Assembly: GCF_963506605.1 (NCBI RefSeq)
Contig: NC_083276.1
Span: 32,984,001-33,048,000, forward strand
Source of the DNA: Zootoca vivipara
Taxonomy: Eukaryota
Direction of reading: 5' to 3'
DNA length: 64,000 nucleotides
The notes below the pieces were generated by a model. The model worked only from the letters and a program-made list of their open reading frames with translations. It searched no databases and was not told the DNA's origin. Positions 42,264 to 55,686 of the stretch are shown piece by piece (position 1 is the stretch's first letter; each line of letters begins with the position of its first letter). The position numbers and the translations under genes were made by a program.

Positions 42264-44040
42264 ATAATGTCTATCTTAAGCCCCCTTTCCCTGCCGTGTC
42301 CAATAACTCAATAAACTTAGCTAATGCTTAATTTGGATCTCTGCTCCAAATGGAGAATTTACAACTCTTGACCTTTCTTCATGTGGCTGGCTATTCAGCT
42401 CTAAACCACAAAGAGAGAAGGAGGAGACACAACCAAGTCTTTATGAAATGGGAAATGATAAAACATTGCTTGCAGGTATTAATCCCATAAGATTATTTCC
42501 CACCTCACCCTGGGTTTTCTTGACCAAGGACAAAGTATGTGAAGGCACAGCAGCACTATACCTAAATTCAATGATTAGGGGCAGGTTTCCTGGGACAAAA
42601 TATACTCCTGATAGTCACAGAAGGCCAGAGGTTCAGCTTTTCCAACTAAACATTTTCCTCTTCAATATTTGAGCATATGGTATAAATGTTTCTAATAACA
42701 TGATGGAATATTCCTTTCAAAGTAAAATTAAGCTATGAAAGAAAAAAAGAGTCCTGCACTGTTAATTTTATCACATACTTTGGAGCATTCTGCCTTATTT
42801 ATTTGGATAAACCTCAAGGTAGGTCCAGCTTATGCCTGTTCTTTTTAAAGCAAAGACACCAAACACAAGTAGGATAAACAAAGCTATTATTGGAACTGGA
42901 GGAACAGAAAACGTGACCTCTAACAGCCACACCCAAGGATGCACATGTTACGGCTGCAATGAAATCACAAGGCGAAATCCTTACCAGGTACAACTAGCTA
43001 TTAGATTAATTAGGAACACTTAAAGAGCACTTTTCACCTTCAGAGCTTCTGGTAAACAATATGCCAGATTAAATCCTCACATCCTCCTGAGAAGGAGTTT
43101 GACAGGTGGCCTTATCCCATACTGTGTAGAGAAAAGGATCCAATTCATCAGTGACACTAAAGGGAAATGACAGCTATTTGTGTATGCACACGTTGAATGA
43201 CGCATGCCATCCTAGTTATCCCATTGTAAAGGTACACCAGAAGTCAACTCATTACAAAACAGGGAAATCTAAATTACTGACAGGACTAAAGAGATATGGG
43301 AACTCTTATTTAGTGCATCTTCTGCTCCTTCAGGGATCCCATGAGAACTAAGAGAACACATACAGACAATGGGGGAAGGGTAAATATTTTTTATTTAAAA
43401 ACAAGACAATTAATCAATATGAAACCGTAACATGACAAATGGCAAAAATAAAACCAGGTAAACAATCAAACAAGGGAGAGCTACAAATTCACAGTGGCTT
43501 ACAACATTTCAACGGATCTAAAAACCAAAAGATCAGGAAGACTTGGGGAAATTAAATAAATATTTGCCTAGTGCCAAAAGGATAACGTATATGGGTGCAC
43601 CCCTATCTCATGCATTTTAAAGACAAGGATCCAAACCCAAAGTGGATCACTCTGATCACAACCTGTTGCACATTAGATTGTGTGTATGGTGGTGGGAACC
43701 CAGAAGAAGGCATCCGTCAGAAGATGACCTCTCTAGGCAGGGAGCCTGATCCTGGGAATGCCATAGTCCAATCTGGCTCCCAAGGGGTGAAGGGCTTTAG
43801 AATACCAGCCTTGTGAACTGGGCTGGCAAATGGACCAAGAATCAAGACAGCTTTTTATTAAAAGAACAATCTGATTTGAAAGGTAACACCATGTAGAATG
43901 CATTGCTGCAATCTTGCCTTGAAGCTACTAGAACAGGGACAACTGTGGTCAAGTTACCTCCATCTTGGAGCAGCCACAGTTAATGTGCCAGTCTAAGCTG
44001 GTGAAAAGCACTCTGAACTAAGGTCAGATGAGGCTTCCAT

Positions 44041-44405
44041 AAAGGTAAAGGACCCCTGGACAGTTAAGTCCAGTCAAAGGTGACTATGGAGTTGTGGCGC
44101 TCATCTCGCTTTCAGGCCGAGGGAGCCGGCGTTTGTCCACAGACAGCTTTCCAGGTCATGTGGCCAGCATGACTAAACTGCTTCTGGCACAACAAAACAC
44201 TGTGATGCAAGCCAGAGTGCATGGAAACGTTTACCTTCCCACCACATTTATCTACTTGCACTGGCGTGTTTCCGAACTGCTAGGTTGGCAGGAGCTGGGA
44301 CAGAGCAATGGGAGCTCACTCCATCACGGGGATTCAAACCCCTGACCTTCCAATCAGCAAGCCCCAGGGGCTCAGTGGTTTAGATTACAGCGCCACCCAT
44401 GTCCC
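44041..44405 (-). mobile_element. Sauria SINE, older/different subfamily
   Basis: AAAGGTAAAG tail at left, GGGAC..GGTGGCGCTG head at right (reverse complement). Confidence 0.85.
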
Positions 44406-45451
44406 TACCACAAACATTGTCGTTATTGAGCTTTAGTTTACTTGCTATGTATCTGACTCTTCTTAGGTGGCTTATTTGCTTTCTGTCCATTAAGGCTGCA
44501 ATCCTATACCTATATATCTGGACAGAGCAGGCGCACAGATGAAGCTCACCTTAGGCGGCAGAAACAAAAGAGGCAGCACTCTGTCTGCCCGCCCCACAGC
44601 TTCTGCCATCACCAGAGAAGCTCTGCTTTGTTGCTGATCTTCCTCTGACCCTTAGGGGCAGAGGGAGGCCAGCATCAAAGCTCTTTGGAATGCCTCACTC
44701 TCACCAAGTTTTGGCAAGCGGGGGCATTCCAGGTGCCCTTGAAGAGTTTGCCCCTCCCCACCTGACAGCAAGGCTTTGCAACGGCTTTTATTCTCTGAGG
44801 GGAAGGCAGTGCGACATTTTGCATCAAGTGAAAAAATGTCTGGGGCCGCCGCTGTACTTGAGACTATGTCCCATTGAACTCAATGGGGCTTTCTTCTGAG
44901 TGGACATGTAAAAGGGCAATACCCAAGGATTAGCAAATGTTTCCAAATGTTGCATCACTCTTTCAGGGGCAGAGCATCCCGTGTTGCTGCTTGAGGCAAA
45001 ACAGGAAGTACCGCCCCCACTGATTTCAGACAAGGTCACACCAATTCTGGGTGAGATCTCGCCGAAAAGCACACACAACTTTGCCTGAAATTGGTGCCGA
45101 TGGCAGTGGCACTTCTCTGCCACTGGTGGAGGCAGGACACACATAGAATGGCAATCTAAGGCAGCAGCCTCACCCTGCCTAATGGCTGGGCCATCTCTGA
45201 CTCTTTCCTTAATCAATATTTCAAGTTACAAGTGTATGCAAAACGTGACTTGCCAGTTCTGGATTGTTCTGGATGCATAGGTTTCACAAGTCAGGAAAGA
45301 ATGTGAATCATATCGGCCATAAGTCTATCCTCATTAGAGCGTTAGGAATTCCTTTATTTAAATACATGGTATTATATATGAAACAATGCTATATTACTAG
45401 TGGGCAGTTAGCAGTGTAGATAATGTGAGATGGGTGGGGTATAAATAATAA

Positions 45452-45486
<35 letters not shown>

Positions 45487-45525
45487 CACTATCACTATTA
45501 TTATCATTATTATTACTATTACTAT
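45452..45525. repeat. (ATT)n compound microsatellite
   Basis: Direct reading; ATC/ACT variants distally. Confidence 0.9.
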
Positions 45526-46099
45526 AAATTTTCACTCATGCTACCTTAAAAGCCTTTTGCACATGTCACTTAAAACCTCCATCTCCATTTGTTTCATGTC
45601 TCATGGACACTTTATATACATTTGAGTCACTTTAGAAAAGTAACTTTTAATTCATATTTTAAAGCAAACTGTTATATATTATACATTATAAAGCAATTTT
45701 TACTACGAAGAAAGATTACAAAGACCCTGCTATGGGAATATATATACCATGACCACCCATGAGAAATTGTCCCAGAGATATTAAAACAAAATAATGAGAA
45801 CAATTTTTTTGTACTGTATTTTGTTTCTGTGTGTATTCAATTTTAATTATTATTCAATGGTACTGTCTTCATTTATTTTTGCTTGTATTTCATTGAAGTA
45901 TATTGAATATTTTCTTAAACTTGGTGTTGTTAGGTACTTGTATCTTCTAATACTTATACAGTGGTATCTCGGGTTAGACACTTCAGGTTACAGACTCCAC
46001 TAACCCAGAAATACTACCTCGGATTAAGAACTTTGCTTCAGAATGAGAACAGAAATCATGTGGCAATGGTGCAACGGCAGCAGGAGGCCGGAAACTAAA

Positions 46100-46403
46100 G
46101 TATGGTGTAGTGGTTAAGAGCGGTAGTCTCGTAATCTGGTGAACCGGGTTCGCGTCTCCGCTTCTCCACATGCAGCTGCTGGGTGACCTTGGGATAGTCA
46201 CACTGCTTTGAAGTCTCTCAGCCTCACTCATCTCACAGAGTGTTTGTTGTGGGGGAGGAAGGGAAAGGAGAATGTTAGCGGCTTTGAGACTCCTTCGGGT
46301 AGTGATAAAGCGGGATATCAAATCCAAACTACTCTTCTTCTTCTTCTTCTTCTTCTTCTTCTTCTTCTTCTTCTTCTTCTTCTTCTTCTTCTTCTTCTTC
46401 TTC
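46100..46403 (+). mobile_element. tRNA-derived SINE (Squam3-like) with (CTT)n tail at 46333-46403
   Basis: Box A TGGTGTAGTGG, box B-like GGTTCGCGTC, trinucleotide tail. Confidence 0.8.
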
Positions 46404-49400
46404 GACATCCCCATTTCATGGGGACAGTCCCTGGATTTACAAATCAGTCCCCATACAAAATCCATTGAAGTTGAAAAGTGTCCCCGGATTCATTGAAAAA
46501 AATCTGGTAACCTTATTTTATATACATCTAAAAATCTTCACTCCATTGCATACAAGTTTTGCGTCTTTTTAAGTTTTTACAATTAGATGGAGGAAGGGTC
46601 AGGCAAGGGGAAAGGGGTGGCAGTGTCTTTAAAATGTTTACTTCAGAGCCTGAAATTATAAAAAGTAATAAAAATAACGCCACCCTATGAACAGTGCCAG
46701 AATCTTTCTTAGGGCATATCTCATAAGCTATGGTTCCTTCTTGTGGCCAAACTGAGGTATTGATGTTTCTAACATTCTTTTAATTGCTTACTAGGGCTGC
46801 AATTGCATACACACTCATCTGGGCATGAGTCCCATTGAACTCACTTGAACTTACTCCTGAGGCGGCATGCACAGGCTTGTGCTGCAAGGTAAACAGTCCA
46901 AGAAAAAAGCTTCCTCTGTTTTGCCTTTCTAAGGCTTTGGGGATCAGAATCAAACTCAAAAGGGGATAAAAATACAAAATGCTCCCTACCACCCCACCAG
47001 TGCTATTTCACACATTTTTCCTGCGATAAGAGGGCTGATAAGACCAAAGATCAATCCTCCCTCACCACATTTTTAATTTTTTTAGGGGTTTCATTACAAG
47101 ATCATTAGGCGTCAGATGTTAGCTAAAGTGAAGAGGTTATGGAACCCTGCATATCCAACTACCTAACCCTGCTACTGTTATGTTGTCACAGCGATGAATA
47201 CTTAGGAGATATTGGCCCTTCAGTATTATTTTCACAGAAGACTAAACAGTGAATACCACCCCTATATGGTTTTATGCCTCAGGAGTCAGCTAACTCCAGG
47301 CTTCGAGAATCTTCTTTTTGGTTTTTGGTTTACTAGAAGCCCAAGACCTATTACCCAGAGCTGGGTGCGAAAAGCATTACAGTTAAAACTGAAGAACACA
47401 GTGCCTCTGACCATATTCTGAGCCAAGGAATAAGCTTTCAATACCAGAAATGATCTGAGCCCATAGTTGTTGCATAAGACTCCACTTTTTTATTTCCTTT
47501 TTATTTTCAGCAGCCTTATAGAGATGGGAAAAGTCATCTTGCTGTTGCTACTGTTAAATAATTGGAGTCACGACCCCTTGCTTATCTACTGCAAATCACC
47601 CACAGATGCTACAGTAGATCCTGATGCATCTTCTGTCCACCTCTGCTTTACAATAAGCACAGTAACCTTTAACATAATGTCATACCAGAAATTCAAATAT
47701 ATTTTATTTTGTGTTTCTCTGAATCTAGGTTCTTAAATGGTTCTGTTTATATAGGAAGATTAAGAACGTGTTGATTCCTTTTGCATATGAAAAGTAATCT
47801 AAAAGCTTGAAAAAAATTAATCGTGGGTTGTATTCAGTGGTGGCTCTGTGCCTACCAGAGAGTGATCCAAGAAAGTGCATCTGCTTTCCTAAAGCAAGGC
47901 ACCCAGTTCCACGGGGACTGTGGAAAGCTATTTCTGGGGCTTGGGAAGTACAAAGTGCTATAGAAAATGGGTTTTTAAAGGGTGTCCCCCCCACTTAATG
48001 AGCAGAACTGCTTTCCAGCACACAGCCGCAATTCCACAAGAAATGCAGTTCATTCAAATTTTAGTACATCATATGATAAAATGGGAGTTACTGCACAAAG
48101 TGGCAAAGATGAAAATTACCGTAACCTAAAGCAAGAGATGCAATTGGTAAAGTCTCTCTGCCTTCAACCAGGAAATATATTTTATTCATTCTTTTTACTG
48201 GCGATCCTGGGGAAGGAAGGAAGTAGGAGCGTGCTGGCGAAACATGCAGAAAAGAATGCAGAAGTTATGCAAGATGAACGTGATAACCTCATGAAGTGGA
48301 ACAGCAGAAAGGGAATTCAGTTCAAAAATCCCTTATAAAGGGTGACATCCAATGACAGCTATCCATCAGCACAATGGGCATTTGCTGATGCAAAGGGATT
48401 GTGTTTTCTTGCTTCTCCTCACTCTAGTCCCTCAACACACCACACACACACACATACACACAAGCGGCAGTGGATTGGTTGAGGGGACATAGGGTGGAAA
48501 AGCAGGTGGATATACATTATATGAGAGGCAGTCTGCACTAAATAGGATGTCACCCAATATCTATCTAGGGACCAATTACAAAAAAAAATGTTATCAAGCA
48601 GGAACTAAGCAGCTAGAAAGAAGCTGCTTAGTTCAAACAAGCTATGTTGATCAGAAAAGCTGAAATCTGTGACCTGAGTCAGCTATTTTAAAAAGTCAAA
48701 ATATATTTATTCAACTTAAGTTATGTCAGTAGCCATGCCTTCCCCACAATGAGGCACAAAGACTTGAAACACACTATATGTTAATGAGAAGGATTACCAA
48801 GAACAAAAATTTCAGCCTTTGCATGTTGTTACTGGCAGCTGTTACGGTCCAGGGACCACAGGACTGGCACTGGCACAACTGGAAGGAAAAATGTGCCTTC
48901 TGGAGAGTTCTTAAGAAACCACCTACTTTGCCAACCAATACCAAACTCCTTCTGCAGCTACAGTGGAGCATGTGGTGTGCTGAAGGCCATGTTTGTTCCG
49001 TCCCCCTATGATGCCAAAAACGGTCCACGCGTCAGCACCGATCGCACACCCATGATGAATTGCCTGTATACATGTGCTGATAGTGAGGCTCAATGGGCAT
49101 GGTTAATGCACCAATCCTCTGCAGCAAACAGAGGGACTGCTACCTGCCTGCCTGCCTCCTTGCCTACTGGGCCTCTGCAGGCAAACTAACACAGAAAAAT
49201 GTTCCCCCAAATAGAACGTTTGAAGAACAGTGCACTGGATAATGTCCACAGGTAGATTGATAATCCCCCTATAATCTCTAGAGTAACAAACCACATCCTG
49301 AGGATACCTGTCAAGACAACTCCATATCAATTTTAATGCATTTGGTATCTTAGGCCAGCAGGGGCTACCACCACTAACACACACCCTGCAATCTGGCCCC

Positions 49401-51250
49401 CTGAGTTGCCAATGATTTTGGTGGCAGTGAAAAAAAAAGAAAAATGGAAGGAGGTGGATCTCAGTGCCTTGCTGGAGGTGCAAATTGCCCCTCCCCTGGT
49501 CGTCAGATCAATCATTTGATGAGCAGAAGGGGGAGATAAGCCACTCCTCTGTCGATCTGCACAGAACAGCTGAGGAGGTGGCCATCGGCCTGTATGCGTG
49601 CCTGTCTACATGTTTGTATGCTAGAGTGTACATGCACAAATTGCACTAACTGCTGGCAAGTGGCCTCTGAAGGGCTGGCCAAGGGCAAATGAGGCCCTCA
49701 GGTCAGAAATGTTTAGGCACCCCTATTCTTAGGCAGTGATCTTTATCAATGGAGCTTACTTACAAGTACATTGTGTTTTAAATAGGGATATTAATCTCCA
49801 GAACAACCTACCCAACATGCACTGTTGTTATCAGTGAAAGTGCAAACACCACACCCAGTCTCTTATGTAACCGGCTGTTGTAAATGCAAACACCAAAGAT
49901 ATGTAAACCCCACAAAGTTCCTTTGTAGATGCAGATGTACTTTGAGCAACCAACTACCGGTAAGATGCATAGATGCTCACCTGTAATTACCCAATTTTAG
50001 GGATAGCTAGATGACCTCATGGCTCCCTATCTCAATGTACATGGATGGCAATAAAACAAATTAATCTGAGACCAAACAGTTTTGTACGAAGACCTTTAAA
50101 AAGAGATTCTCTGTTTAAACATGAACCAGCAAAATTTAAAGGCATTTCTACGTATGAATTCAATATGTCCAGTATGTGGGTAGTGACCTAGATAAAACAA
50201 AAATACCAATGGAAGAATTTAACACACCTAAAAATCATCATGACCTAAGAAAACATGTGAATGCTTCAAATTCCAAATATTTCTCAAGATGATACTTAGT
50301 TTTGTTCCTTAGACTCTCAGCTTAAATACACACACCCAACATAAAATAGGTTGCTATAGGAATCACTTATTCAACAGTGACTCACCAAGACAATTCCCTG
50401 AGCATTTACACAATTCAGAGATATTAGAGTGACGTTTTCAGTGACACAGAAGAACTACTGAGGCAAAAGAGAAATGTAAATACAACTTACCCACTAAAAA
50501 GGGATTTCCTATTCTAAATACTTGCTTTTGTGCCAACATGTTCGTTCCACTGAAATCATTACACTCACTGCAGGCAGCTATGTAGCAAGCTGGACACTAA
50601 GCTAGTATTTTTTTTTCAGGAAAAGCCAAAGGGTACACAGTCTTCAAAGGATGGAAGCCTCATAGCAAAGATCCTGTCAAGGTACTGTATTTGACAGAAA
50701 GCAGGCAGATGTGCATGGCTCATTCAAGGCTACAAGTGATGGGTGTTTGGAATTTTCCACACGGGTTCATAAATAGTTAGGAGGCTCATGTAGACCAAAG
50801 AACTGTGAATCTTCTGTGTAATGCCTTTGAGCTTTGCCAGCCAGATGTTTTGGATTTACAACTACCATCAGTCCCAGCCAGATGTTTTGGAGTTGTAATC
50901 CATAACATCTGGAGAGCACCAGATAGGTGAAGGCTGCTCTATAGTTTTCAGAGGAAGTTAAGGGCTACTCAAATCATCAGTATTAAGTTTCACATTTGAA
51001 CGTAACTATTTCCTCCATAGGAAGTAGCAAGGAGAAGTGAAACCTGTTAGTTAAACAAACAGAACCAAAGGGAATTTCCTATTGGATTTTTATTATTTTC
51101 CCACACTTCGCTATATTTATATTTTTATGTAGAACAGTCTTCCTCAGGAGGTGGTGGACTCTCCTTCCTTGGAGGTTTTTAACTGAGATTCCTGCATTGC
51201 AGGGGGTTGGATTACATGAGAAACTTGGGGTCCCTTCCAGTTCTATGATT

Positions 51251-51448
51251 TATATCACCTTTCCTTCAAGGAGCTCAAGGTGGCATGCATAGTTTTCATC
51301 CTTCCCATTTTATCCTCACAACAACCCTATGAGGTAGGCTTGGCTGAAAGTAAGTAACTGGCCAAAGGTCACCCAATGAGCTTTTGTGGCTGAGTAGGAA
51401 TTTGATCCCTGATCTTCCAGGTCCTAGCCCAACACTAACCTGGCTCTT
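51251..51448 (-). mobile_element. Squam3-like SINE preceded by a CR1 3' end (~51145-51250)
   Basis: TTTTATCCTCACAACAACCCT core; CR1-type CCCTTCCA..TTCTATGATT end. Confidence 0.7.
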
Positions 51449-53097
51449 TCCATGACCCCTCCTGCTTCTCAGTATTATCAAGAACACACTAGATCCGGAA
51501 TTACGTAACTAGTTTCTGTCTTAGGTGATAAATTTCATGACAGGTTGATTGTTACAAGGCAAAAAGGCTGCACTAGGAAGAGTTGACACAGAATGGGAGA
51601 TTGCATAACATAAAGGATTAAAGTTGAGAAATTTAGAAAAAAATGAACTTCTCATCTGAGGAGAAAGAGAAGAAGGTAGACAACCTGATGCAGTGTGCGT
51701 CATTTTTTAGAAGGATTCCCTGATCAAACCAGGAAGAAACTCGCTGCGTGCAGCACAAGTGGGAACACATTTCGGTTGCTGTAGCAACCACCAATACATA
51801 TTGAGCAACTGAGGCAAGTCTGTTCTATGGCAAGCATTAAACACTCTCTACAGCACGGCCAAAAGTTACAAAACATAAGAAGCTGCCTGATACCATGTCA
51901 AACCATTGGTCCATCCATTATTTCTACAATGACTGGCAGCAGTTGTTCTGCAGAATGTCAAACGGGGTTTCCCTCCCAGCCTTACCAGGATATGCCAAGG
52001 ATTGAAGTTGGGGCCTTCTGCATGCAAAGCAAGTGTTCTGTCCCTGAACTACATTGCCCTAAACAATGTTTTCAGTCTTCAGATCGGTATTAGAAACTCA
52101 GGTATATAAGTTAATCACTAAAGGTCACCTAAAGTAAGCCTAGACACTACCCCCCCCCCGTTGGAGTTTATTCTTAGTCTTATTAATTTCATTTCCATAC
52201 CAGTTTATATTTTAAAGAAAACATCTCAAAGTGGTTTACAACTCATTAAAACATCAAATAAAACAATCTAGAATAAAAGAAATTCAAGCTTCAAGGGAAA
52301 TATTTCAGAAATACTTCTCTAAGTGACATTTTGCTTTCCCCATATTTATTTCCCTACTTAATTCATATAGCTGCCCCATAGCAGAGGTACTCTAGCCAGT
52401 GTGGTGTAGTGGTTAGAGTGCTGGACTATGACCTAGAAGATCAGGGTCCAACTGGCAAGTTTCCAATTGCAACTATGTGGAGATCTGTGAATGTCAGGTT
52501 GGTGACAAACATCTCCATCTGGCTGGCCTCTCCAGCTTTCCAGTACTTCTGGGTCGCTGCGAGACGCAACCTGAAAAAACGTAACATGAAGCAAACGTAA
52601 CATGAGGTATGACTGTACTCCTTGGAGAAAAATGTGGGATATGAATGCAATAAATAAGCTCTTCTGCTTACCTGCTTAAGAAAGCTGGAGAGGCCAGCCA
52701 GATGGAGATGTTAGTCACCAACCTGACATTCACAGATCTCCACATAGTCGCAATTGGAAACTTGCCAGTTGCAAAACGTGCCTGGCTAATTTCGAACACT
52801 GCTTCAAATGGGAACATACACTAGGAACACTAGGAACAGGACATTGATTGTGGTGTGGCTCGATCTAGGAGCTTCCAACAAGGCCTCCAGAACTACCCTC
52901 TTACTGCAAAGACACCCATCCTATTTCTAACTTGCCCTGTTAGAAACACACGCAAAGGTCTGCAGCTTTCTCCCCAGCCATCCCCTCCAAATGCATTTTC
53001 CTCCCAGCTGGGTGCAGTTCTGGTATTAGAGCCTAAGTGTAGGGGGAAATGAGTTTGGGCAACAGACTATGGGAACCCTCTCACTCACTTGCCTATT

Positions 53098-53326
53098 TGT
53101 TGTTTAGTCGTGTCCGACTCTTTGTGACCCCATTCATGGATCAATGCCTTGTCGTGGCGAAGGAGCTTGAATAACTCAGAGAAGCTATGAGCTATGCCAT
53201 GCAGGGCCACCCAAGATGGACAGGTCATAGTGGAGAGTTTTGACTAAACGTGATCCACCTGGAGAAGGAACTGGCAAGCCACTCCAGTATCCCTGCCAAG
53301 AAAACTCCATGGACAAAGACAACAGG
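53098..53326. mobile_element. Rearranged BovB insertion: 3' tail (minus) joined to 5' UTR (plus)
   Basis: 12-bp TSD CACTTGCCTATT at 53086-53097 and 53327-53338. Confidence 0.8.
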
Positions 53327-55532
53327 CACTTGCCTATTACAGTTTAAGAATGAGTCCCTGGATTCCTCCTGCTTGCCTTATACTTTATTTTAGTAGACCT
53401 GCATTAGCCACTATTATGTCTAGTTTGAGCCTCATGTGACCTAGAAAATAAGCTTGACATAAGTTGATTATGCATTTCACCCACTTTCTCCTGAGTGTAG
53501 GCCAAGCAGCAGAATTGGGAGTGGGCGGGCACTGAAGAGTGAACTGTTCCACTTCACACATTCTGAATGCTCCCCTACCTAAAGCAAAAAACCGCCAAGC
53601 AAGCTGAAAAGTAGCACAGTAAGAAGAAACCCTCCCCTGATGAATTTTCCCTTTAAGCAGAAAATTTGCTTGTGTGGGGAAGCATTCGTTTCTTCAGCCT
53701 TCAGCCTGCATCTACAAATAGTGCAAACACTTCACAAAAGAATAGTTGTTCAAAAAACATGACTCAAAATGTGCTTTATGACCTACAATTGCCTACCATC
53801 TACATACGTGTTACAGAAATATTTGAGTTGCCGGAAGACACCTTTACATTACGCATCCAATTTTCCTAAATTTCAAAATACAATAGGGATGAGTGTGCAA
53901 TTAATCTGAACATTTCCTCCCGTCCCTCATTTACCCTTTACTTCTGGAGGGTTTTCTCCCTGCCCACTTTTGCATTGTAAGGCAAAATTATTGAAACCTC
54001 TAATGCAACATGGCAACTGCTGACATGAGACAACCCTAAATAGAAGATTAGGCAGCTGAGGTGCAATAGGTTTGGGTGGAAACCACAGCAGAAATGCAGC
54101 TCCCACAACAGATAGCCCTGGTGGAACTCCCCCAATATACTTTGTCAGCAAAGTTTCAGCCTGAATGGTTGAAAAGGGTTGTAGCAGGGACTTGCGCGAC
54201 CCAGAGGTGGGGCTCATCCTAACACTGTTTCCTGTACGTCAGTGGCGCTACTTTACACCAGCCCTAGACTTGGTGCTGAGGCAGGGTTGGGGAATCTTTT
54301 TCAGCCCAAGGGCCAGATTTCCTCACAACCAAGCTTCCGGGGGCCACATAGCAGTGATGGGCAGGGCCAGAAGAAAAAGTGTGCGGAGCCACACACAATT
54401 CGGATGTTTCTACACACACACCTCTCCATACAAGCAAGCAAGAGCTATCAGCATGGTTCAAGGACACATTCCAGCCAGGCAAACAGAGCTCAAGGAATGG
54501 GTGGAGCAGAATCAGTGAAGAGCATGGCATGCAAGAGCGGGTGACGTGAGGAAAGCCCAGACAGAGAAACCTGGAAGACTGCATTTGCCCACCAGGTTTG
54601 AGGTCTCCCCCCTCCCCCCAGCAGGTAACACATTTTGGTTCCACATACAAACAGTTCCCACCCATCACAGTTTTCTTCCTTCTCAGCATCACTTCATAAT
54701 ATTCCCTTCTGCTACAGTTGTGTGCCACTTATTAAATAAAGGCAAGCTCTCTGTGTTACAATACAAGGCCTGAAATTGCCTGATGTCTTGAAATTGCCAA
54801 ACACACACCCACACACTATTTTCCTGTGCTGCATTTTTGTTCAGATCCCTCAGTGTCAGGCTCCCATGGGAATTATTCAGAATTGTTTGCTTAACAAGTC
54901 ATGTCTCAGCTCTAGAACTGGTTTTAAATGCCTCCAATATCAGCCCTGAAACATGTAAAATGAGAATATAGGATCACATGCCTCTGATACACATCTCAAG
55001 GTGGCCTTTTGTTCAGGAGGTTTGCTTCGTGCGTATTTTGTATTTCCCCCAGGTCTTTTAGTCTGTTTTAATCTCAGCGAAGAGTGTTTTTAAATTGTGT
55101 TACATGCACAACATGCCGTAACATCAGTCCTTCATTCTCTTTCCTCTTTCTGGGCGCACCGCCCCCCCCCAACCGAGGAACAATTCTAAACTCAGAGCAA
55201 GGAAGACAGGAAGAGGAGGAAGTGTTGCTCCAGAAAACCTCCCTAACGCTTAGGAAAAATACAAATGGGATCCCTGGCATTTCCCACCATATCCTTACAA
55301 CAACAGAAACAGGGGTGGAATGGAAAGCCCCTGCGTTCCTCCTGGGAGACTACAATGGTTCAGCTTTTGGATAACTGCAGGTAACAAGGGGAAGGAAAGG
55401 GCGCAAAGGTCAGGCTGACAGTGAAGCCCACCAATGCTGCCTTGCAGGCACTTAATCTAGTAGTACCTCTTTTCCTCACTTGCCCAGTGGCAGTGTCTCA
55501 TTGGCTGGTTACTGAAGACAAACTAATTACAT

Positions 55533-55686
55533 GCCAGTTAGCTCAGCTGGTTAGAGCATGGTGTTAATAATGCCAAGTTCACGGATTTGATCCCCACATG
55601 GGTGCATATTCCTGCATTACAGGGGGGTTGGACTAGATGATCCAATGGGTCCCTTCCAACTCTATGAGTCTATAATTCTATGATTC
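55533..55686 (+). mobile_element. tRNA-head/CR1-tail SINE (Squam2-like)
   Basis: TAGCTCAGCTGGTTAGAGC head joined to GGTTGGACTAGATGA..CCCTTCCAACTCTATGA..TTCTATGATT. Confidence 0.7.

Noticed and set aside
45983-46496. Poly-K, poly-L and poly-F ORFs
   Set aside because: Translations of the (CTT)n SINE tail
48770-49190. Overlapping short ORFs with a small CpG patch
   Set aside because: No recognisable homology or coherent splice structure
55533-55605. tRNA-like sequence
   Set aside because: Degenerate T-arm and fused to a CR1-like tail: a SINE head, not a tRNA gene
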